A stretch of DNA of 20,235 nucleotides from Candidatus Lindowbacteria bacterium RIFCSPLOWO2_12_FULL_62_27. GTDB lineage: Bacteria > Lindowbacteria > 2-12-FULL-62-27. The stretch lies in the NCBI GenBank assembly GCA_001784175.1, contig MFPR01000012.1:62001-82235 (forward strand), given 5' to 3'. This document shows positions 7,529 through 13,888 of this stretch, piece after piece (positions within the stretch are counted from its first letter, which is position 1; the number at the start of each line of letters is the position of its first letter). The notes under the pieces were generated by a model. It was not told the origin of the DNA, did not search any database, and saw only the letters and a list, made by a program, of their open reading frames with translations. A program made the translations under genes and the position numbers.

Positions 7529-10500
7529 CTACGACGCCGTTTTGGGGCGCTTGGCGTCTTTCTCTTTTATATGCGTTTTCGCCCGATTTTTGAGAAGTGC
7601 GTTTGAAGCGGTCGGCGTTGTTGGAGTTGCGGAAGAATCCACACCCGGACCACCCCCGGACCGGGGGCGGACCGCGCCCGGACCGGACCCGGACCGCGAT
7701 CCCTCCGACCCGGACCGGTCGGCATTTTGCCAGGACCGGTCGCCGTCGTAAGGCTGTTCGAGTGTGGCCGGATCGATCAGGCCCATGCAAAACGGCGCGC
7801 CGTCCTTGCCTTGGCCGTCGTAGATCAACTCGTAGACGAAGGACTGACCGCGCCCGCGGTGGAGGATGAGAAACTCCATTTCGACCAGGCGCGCCATGTG
7901 GATTTTGAGCGGCGTGTCGCTCCATCCCGTGAACTCGCGTACGTCGCGGCGGCCGAACCGGAAAGCGGCGCGGGTTATTTTGCCGCCGTTTGTTTTCGCC
8001 GTCACCATGTCGTCAAGAAGAGTGAGCAGGCGGCGTGTCTGCGGCTGGAGTTCATCGAGGGACCGGCCGAGGACGACGTTGGCGATGCGGTTGGCGCCCT
8101 CGATGTCTTTCGGCATGACCTCGATGTAGGAAATCACGCGCGGGCCGTCCTGCGTTTGTTTGACGGGGCGCTGGTACTGATGCAAAAGCGCAATGGACCG
8201 GATCAGCGTCAGATATTTCGGATGGTCGCGCCGCGTCCGCAGTTGGGTGCTCAAGAATTTGAGTTGTTTGGCGTAGCGGTTCACGACGCGGATCGGGCGC
8301 AAAAGGCGCTGGGCGTTTTGGTGGCGGCGCAGGATGTCGTCGCGCCGTTCCTGACGCAGGACGCCCTCAAGCGTCTCGCGTTCGCGCTGTAGCTCGTGGA
8401 TCCGCTCCGTCTGCTCGCGGTCCTCGTTGATCGTGATGACCAGGACGCGGTTTAGGAGTTCCTCGTCAATCTCGTAATTGGTCGTCGTGATGATGATGAC
8501 GACCGGCCCCTCGACTCTCGACTCAAACGCGACGTGCTTGCCGGTCGTCGGGTCTTTGCCGGTGGACGCAATCACCAGCTTGCCCTCGCTCTGTAGAAGT
8601 TTGATCGCGTAGGTGGCGTTCTCCGCGCCCTTTTCCTCGACGATGGCGAGGATTTTGTGTTTGAGATTTTTTTCGCCCATGTAAAAGAGTGCCTGGCCGG
8701 TGACGGCGCTGAATTGTTCGCGCTCCTCTTTCGGCATGAGCGACAAAATGGCGTCCATGAGCGTGGTCTTGCCGGCGGCGCTGGCCGACTGGATGATGAT
8801 CGCCAGCGGGTCTTTGAACTTGCGCGACACGCACGCGAGGTATCCGGTGAGGGCGTTGACTTCCTCTCCGACAATGCCGATGGACTCGAAGTCCTTGACG
8901 ATCTGGTCCAGCAGATCGGGCGCGCGAAGAAACGCCAGCGCTTCCTCTTTCTCCGCCTCGGTTAACGTCACGGTTGCATCTGGCGGGTTGATCGCCTTTT
9001 GGATGAGGTTGTCCTGGAGTTCTTCGAGTTTCAGAAGCAACCGGCGCAGGTCGTCTTTCAACATATCTTCGGACAGGCTGGTCTCGGTCGAAGCGGCTTT
9101 GAGAAACGCCGCGCGGTGCCTGGCGTTTGCCAGGTCCACGGTGTCGAGGTGGAAGCGGTCGCCGATCGACACGCGCACGCTCACGCGCAGGACGCCGTAG
9201 GTCGTGTTCTTTTCAATGCCGCGAATCCGCCACGCGCGGCCGTCAAAGACTTCATCGAGTTGGTGGCCGTTACCGGACGGGATCGCCGCCGCCTCCGGCC
9301 TCGCGTGGGCCTCCAGCGGCGCGCACTCGTGCAGATCCGCCGCGGCCGGATCAGCGCCTCCGGCGCCACAAGTGCCGATGTCTCCGACATCGGCCGGATC
9401 GGGCGCCGCCGGCGTCAGGGATTTCTCGCCTGGTGATTCTTCGGCGGCTGAAGGTGGAGAAATTTTTTCTTTAGCTGCTACCGGCATGTCTACGATTGAC
9501 GATTTGCCTCTGCCGATCCACGCCGCGCCGCGAAGGAGAACTCCCAACGCGTCGGCCGGATCGGAGACGGAACACGCGAACGAGTTCGCGTCCTCACCGT
9601 CGGGAAAGTTTACGCGCGACACTTCGAAGCCGTATCCCATCAGGATCGCCGCCAGTTTCGTCGCGGCGCGGTCGCCTGCCTCGTCCCGATCATAGGCGAT
9701 CAACACTTTTTCGACTTCGGACATCCTGAGCGCATGGAGATGATCCGCCGTGAATCCCTCGACACCGTAGCTGGCCGTGACGTTGCGAAAGCCCGCGCAC
9801 CAGAACGTCAGCGCGTCAATGAGGGCTTCGCACAGGATCGCTTCTTTACTCGCCGCTAAAGAAGAAACATTCCAGACGCCCTTGTGCGGCCCGGGCAGAT
9901 AGAGGTGATAGGCCGTCCCGTCGCGCAGGTCGTCCCGAATCTTGCGGCCGTACATTTCGGTGATGCTTCCGTTTTCGTCCATCACGGGAATGACGATACT
10001 GCCGTTGAATCGTTCATGACCTTTGACGCTGTAGACGCCGAGTCGTTGAAGCTGGCCGCGAATCTTCGCGCCCTCGTCGCGGTTTGAGTCGGCGAGATAG
10101 TAGCCGAACGTTCGGTTGGAATAGCCGAGTTTGAAATGGTCGATGGCGCCGGCGTGGCCGATCCTGCGGCGTTCGAGGTAGGCTAGGGCCTCCGGCGAAT
10201 CTTTGAGCGTCTCGACGTAGAAATCGACGGCGCAGCGCAGCGCCGTCTGATCGGACGCGCCGATCGGAATGGGACAGGGAAGTTTTTTGACGGTGCCGAC
10301 TTTGACGACGGGCCGGGCAGTCGCCGGCGTGAGCGCGACGTCATGCCGGCGCAGAAGTTCGACGGCCTGACGGAAGGACACGCCCTCCGCTTTCCGAACC
10401 CAATCGATCACGCTGCCGCCCTTCGGGTCCTGGCACGCGCCGAAACAGTGCCAGAGGTTTTTGTCAGGCGTGATGACAAGAGACGGGTTGTGATCGTTGT

Positions 10501-10627
10501 GGAAGGGGCACAGGCCGATCAAGTCCTTGCCATGCGGCGCGAGTTCGACGCCGCGCCGCCGCGCGAGGTTGGCGACGGCAACGGCTCGTTTGATTCGTTC
10601 AAGCTCTTCGTCAGGAATCCGTCCCAT
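7529..10627 (-). CDS. CHC2 zinc-finger/Toprim primase fused to a P-loop (AAA+/MCM-like) helicase (copy B)
   Basis: CPFHNDH...WHCFGAC; CEALID/YDRDEAG/GEDANS; Walker A SASAAGKT; Walker B LAIVEE; ELLNR. Start set to ATG 10627 by alignment with copy A. Confidence 0.94.
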   Translation of the reverse strand: MGRIPDEELERIKRAVAVANLARRRGVELAPHGKDLIGLCPFHNDHNPSLVITPDKNLWHCFGACQDPKGGSVIDWVRKAEGVSFRQAVELLRRHDVALTPATARPVVKVGTVKKLPCPIPIGASDQTALRCAVDFYVETLKDSPEALAYLERRRIGHAGAIDHFKLGYSNRTFGYYLADSNRDEGAKIRGQLQRLGVYSVKGHERFNGSIVIPVMDENGSITEMYGRKIRDDLRDGTAYHLYLPGPHKGVWNVSSLAASKEAILCEALIDALTFWCAGFRNVTASYGVEGFTADHLHALRMSEVEKVLIAYDRDEAGDRAATKLAAILMGYGFEVSRVNFPDGEDANSFACSVSDPADALGVLLRGAAWIGRGKSSIVDMPVAAKEKISPPSAAEESPGEKSLTPAAPDPADVGDIGTCGAGGADPAAADLHECAPLEAHARPEAAAIPSGNGHQLDEVFDGRAWRIRGIEKNTTYGVLRVSVRVSIGDRFHLDTVDLANARHRAAFLKAASTETSLSEDMLKDDLRRLLLKLEELQDNLIQKAINPPDATVTLTEAEKEEALAFLRAPDLLDQIVKDFESIGIVGEEVNALTGYLACVSRKFKDPLAIIIQSASAAGKTTLMDAILSLMPKEEREQFSAVTGQALFYMGEKNLKHKILAIVEEKGAENATYAIKLLQSEGKLVIASTGKDPTTGKHVAFESRVEGPVVIIITTTNYEIDEELLNRVLVITINEDREQTERIHELQRERETLEGVLRQERRDDILRRHQNAQRLLRPIRVVNRYAKQLKFLSTQLRTRRDHPKYLTLIRSIALLHQYQRPVKQTQDGPRVISYIEVMPKDIEGANRIANVVLGRSLDELQPQTRRLLTLLDDMVTAKTNGGKITRAAFRFGRRDVREFTGWSDTPLKIHMARLVEMEFLILHRGRGQSFVYELIYDGQGKDGAPFCMGLIDPATLEQPYDGDRSWQNADRSGSEGSRSGSGPGAVRPRSGGGPGVDSSATPTTPTASNALLKNRAKTHIKEKDAKRPKTAS
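7647..7741 (+). repeat. Helically phased GGACC(G) repeats, iteron-like
   Basis: GGACC at 7647, 7658, 7669, 7680, 7691, 7712 and 7733, plus one off-phase copy at 7685. Confidence 0.7.
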
Positions 10628-10726
10628 ATTTCCCGTATCCACCGATCCGCCCGAAACGGGCGTTTTTTGAAAATGTGTCAATGCCGGGTGGGATAATTTT
10701 CGAGACGATTTAACCCACCCGAAAAC

Positions 10727-10776
10727 CTTGACAAACAGACGCCAATTATTTACATTTTATGCAAATAGAAGTCAAG
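10727..10776. promoter_or_regulatory. Divergent promoter/operator region (module B)
   Basis: Inverted CTTGAC (10727) and GTCAAG (10771) enclose the imperfect palindrome TATTTACAT-TTT-ATGCAAATA. Confidence 0.6.
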
Positions 10777-10869
10777 ACGTTTTTTGGATATTTTCCAACC
10801 AAGAAACGGTGCGGGCCAGAGCGGAGATAAACTGGAGGTGATGAAGGTTTGCTTTCTGGAGATAGTATA

Positions 10870-11250
10870 ATGAAACTACAGAAACCGAAGCCGGAGACTT
10901 TCGGATTCCGTCTACAGCAGTTTCGGCTGCAACGGGGTCTGACTCAGGCCGAGATTGGGAAGAAGATCGGGCTGTCGCTGCGGATGCTGAGCTACTACGA
11001 GGGCAACCACGGCCGCCTTCCGCCTGTCGATGTCGTGATGAAATTGGCGAAGGTGATTCGTGTGCCTGTTGACGATTTGCTTGGCGCCGACGCCTCCGAC
11101 TTCGGGCCGCCGCCGCGTTCCGTCAGGCTGCTAAAGAGATTGCGCCGGATCGAGCAGCTGCCGCGCCATCACCAGCGAGCGATCATGGAACATTTGGACG
11201 CGCTCCTGGCAAAACGCGCCAACGGCAATGGCCGGCGCGTGACTGCCTAA
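10870..11250 (+). CDS. XRE/HTH_3-family repressor (module B)
   Basis: FGFRLQQFRLQRGLTQAEIGKKIGLSLRMLSYYEGN HTH. Start is ATG 10870 or TTG 10849. Confidence 0.92.
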   Translation: MKLQKPKPETFGFRLQQFRLQRGLTQAEIGKKIGLSLRMLSYYEGNHGRLPPVDVVMKLAKVIRVPVDDLLGADASDFGPPPRSVRLLKRLRRIEQLPRHHQRAIMEHLDALLAKRANGNGRRVTA

Positions 11251-11610
11251 ATGGGCGGCGACGATTCCGAGCAAACCATTCGACTGCTGACGGAAATCAG
11301 GGACCAACTCAAGCGGATCAGCGCGAAGCTTTCAAATCTGGACGATGTCCGTGTCGGTATCAACGAGCTTGTCCGATATTTTTATGACAGCAAGCCTCGA
11401 TCGCCGTTGGATGATACAGGAAAAAAATACAGCCCCCAAAAAATTCGAGAAGAACATCCCCAAGCATATCAGCCGTGGACGTCCCAGGAAATCGAACGAG
11501 TGGAAAGGGGTCATTCGGAAGGCAAAAGCATAAGGGAGTTGGCCGCCGACCTCGGACGACAACCGGGTGCGATTCGGTCCAGATTGAGTAAATCCGGCCT
11601 GCTAAAATAG
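11251..11610 (+). CDS. Small protein with a C-terminal Myb-like/HTH domain
   Basis: AYQPWTSQE...GKSIRELAADLGRQPGAIRSRLSKSG. Starts immediately after the XRE stop. Confidence 0.8.
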   Translation: MGGDDSEQTIRLLTEIRDQLKRISAKLSNLDDVRVGINELVRYFYDSKPRSPLDDTGKKYSPQKIREEHPQAYQPWTSQEIERVERGHSEGKSIRELAADLGRQPGAIRSRLSKSGLLK

Positions 11611-11625
11611 AAATTCACACATCAC

Positions 11626-12417
11626 CCCCAAAGCAAAACCAAACAGAGCAGGGCGTATTAAAGTCGCCCCGCCTGGGCAGAAGTGTGGGCACGGCCCGCT
11701 CGAATTGTGGGCGATGACCACTTACACGTAGAACGCGCCGGCCTCTCGCGCCGCGAAAAACGCGCGGCGCACGGCCGGCGCTCCGACGACGAGCGGGGCG
11801 GACCGCGCCCCCCGCCGCAGGTTCTCCTCCCCTCAACCTCTCCTCTCCTTGGCATCCCTGTAATAAGGAAGCATCAATGAGGGGAGGAGACCCAGCTCTT
11901 GGGGGGCGCTACGCCGGCGGCCTCCGTCCCTCCGCCGAACATGTGGCGCAACGTCCTGTTGCGCCACCGGCTCCGGAACTCCGGCCTTGTCGTTCCGCCC
12001 CGAACTTCCCGCACACGCGGGCCTCACTGACACCTGAGCTTGTACGGCGGGGCGAGAATCCGCTGTAGGAGACCCATCCATGGGGCGGCGTCACTGACAA
12101 TCTGGGGTGACGCCGACTGGCCGGCGGACATCGTGTCCGCCGGAAAGAAAACGGCGGCTAAGAAAAAAGCCGGGCACAAGCGCGGCCGCGCCGGAAGCGT
12201 TGCCGGTTCCTTCTTTCAGCTGCGGGTTTCCGGTTTCAGGATTCGCGCGGGACACGATGTCCCGCGCACAGCTTCAAGCCATGGACGGCCGTGCGGGCAC
12301 TTCGTGACCGCACCCGAAAGACGGGGTGTCGGCGTGAGCGGCCACGAATGTGGCCGCGCCGGGAAATCAGGATTTCCCGCACGCCGAATGATGCAAAAGC
12401 GTTGCGAGAGGCGCAGA
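11626..12417. ncRNA. Large structured non-coding element (RNA or ssDNA), uninterrupted copy B, ~790 nt
   Basis: Stems 11664-11673/12046-12055, 11693-11699/12017-12023, 11735-11743/11773-11781, 11794-11802/11994-12002, 11805-11813/11901-11909 and 11823-11835/11878-11890, then a hairpin array. Same topology as copy A. Confidence 0.72.
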
Positions 12418-12424
12418 CCCAAAG

Positions 12425-12650
12425 ACGGCGACAGGGCGCTGAACGTATCCGGCGTAAACGTCACCCCGGTGAGCCGGTCCAGCGCGTCGTAGCCGTACTG
12501 CCGCGTTCCGTGCCGGTCCGTCATGGCAGTGCGGTTGTCGTTTGAGTTGTACTGATACCGGAAAAAACTCGTGAGCGCGCCGGCGTGCAGGTGTTCGATA
12601 TCGGTCACCCTGTTTTTCGAATCGTATTTCCATTCCGACACCAGCTTGCC
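12425..12650 (-). pseudogene. Displaced internal Rhs YD-repeat fragment
   Basis: GKLVSEWKYDSKNRVTDIEH...YQYNSNDNRTAMTDRHGTRQYGYDALDRLTGVTFTP. High GC. Rhs similarity ends where the structured element begins. Confidence 0.85.
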
Positions 12651-13105
12651 CCCTTTTCTTTCCTACTTTTGCTAGGGCAGAAAATAAGAAGTATAGTCAA
12701 AATAATTGCGAAAGCCACAACAAAAATATGCACGCACGTCAAAAACAAAACAAAATTAATGGTACCCATAGTACCCAAATAATTGTCTAGTACATAATTA
12801 TATTTTGATAAGATATTATTTACAAAAATAGGAAAATCGCTATTATTAGAATACATGAAATAATGCACGAAAATGAAAAACGATATCGACCAGCAAAACA
12901 AGATGATATAATTAATCAGAATATTCGAATTCCGCTTTCTTATAAGAAAATAAATTAAATGCGCAACGATTAAGAAAAGGTTACCCGCTGCCAAGATCAC
13001 CCTATCGTCGATAGATTTAATAAATATACCTATAACAAAAACAGATATATACACCGACACTATGAAGCGGGGAAATTCACGCAACGAAGAATAATCAAAC
13101 TTCAC
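12605..13105 (-). CDS. Multi-pass membrane protein, putative immunity protein for Rhs tip 1
   Basis: 166 aa with about 4 hydrophobic segments, very AT-rich, 2 bp downstream of the tip 1 stop. Confidence 0.8.
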   Translation of the reverse strand: MKFDYSSLREFPRFIVSVYISVFVIGIFIKSIDDRVILAAGNLFLIVAHLIYFLIRKRNSNILINYIILFCWSISFFIFVHYFMYSNNSDFPIFVNNILSKYNYVLDNYLGTMGTINFVLFLTCVHIFVVAFAIILTILLIFCPSKSRKEKGASWCRNGNTIRKTG

Positions 13106-13107
13106 TT

Positions 13108-13888
13108 TTATAAATCTGCTTGTAAATCTTGTGGAACTGAAGATTTGATTAACTCATAGGCTTCATCATTTGTACTAAAGTTCTGCCTCAACCATGTCCA
13201 ATCCTTGTCCTTACCTTCTTCGATAATTTTCTGCAGATTAGTTCTAAATGTTGTTACACTAGTCTCTAATCCTTCCAACGTCGTTTTCTTTGATGCGGAT
13301 ATATTACCGGTTAGTGCACTATTAATGTTTCTCAGCATTTGAGAGGCCTTCGCATTTAATAAGTCTAGTTTGGATTTATATATTGCTTTCAATAATAATT
13401 TAAAGCCATATGCGGCCACACTAACTACTATCGCACTAACAACCAGTTTCTCGATTAGTGTAAGCTGCCCGAACGGATCCACAGAATTAATAGGGTTTCC
13501 TTCTGTATATGTATACTTGTGATGGGTTTTAGGTTGATCAAGAGATTTAAATACGTTTTCGGACTGTAAGAAATTCCCGCCAATAGGATCATAATATCTA
13601 GCGCGGTAAAAAATGAGGCCAATTTCATCATCGTGTTCCCTGCTGGTATATCCATAGATGTCGGACGGTGGCGTTTCGGTAGGATCGTGACCGGATGGAA
13701 GCAGGATTCGCTTTCCGTAGGCTTTATAATCGTATGTTTTTACGGTTTCGCCTGTCGGGGTCAAAACTTCACGGACAGAATTTTGGGCGTCGTGCAAAAA
13801 GAAAAATTTTGCCGGCGGCGCTCTTGTGCCCGATGTTCCTTGTGTATATGCAATCAGCGGTTCATCGATGCCCGGCCCATGGGTGAAA
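13108..13888 (-). CDS. Rhs core end plus toxin tip 1, out of frame with the upstream Rhs gene and lacking its own credible start
   Basis: FTHGPGIDEPL...HDAQNSV...YKAYG...YTSREHDDEIGLIFYRARYYDPIGGNFLQ...NPINSVDPFG, then a low-GC tip. Confidence 0.85.

Larger units (their letters stand above)
5353..13888 (-). mobile_element. Integrative primase-integrase module carrying an Rhs toxin tip/immunity cassette
   Basis: Bounded by 17-bp direct repeats. Contains a tyrosine recombinase, primase-helicase, XRE repressor, RelBE pair and the structured element. Confidence 0.7.

Noticed and set aside
12291-12360. GTGCG start suggesting a group II intron
   Set aside because: It is one arm of a local hairpin. 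I found no recognisable domain V and no reverse transcriptase in the window.
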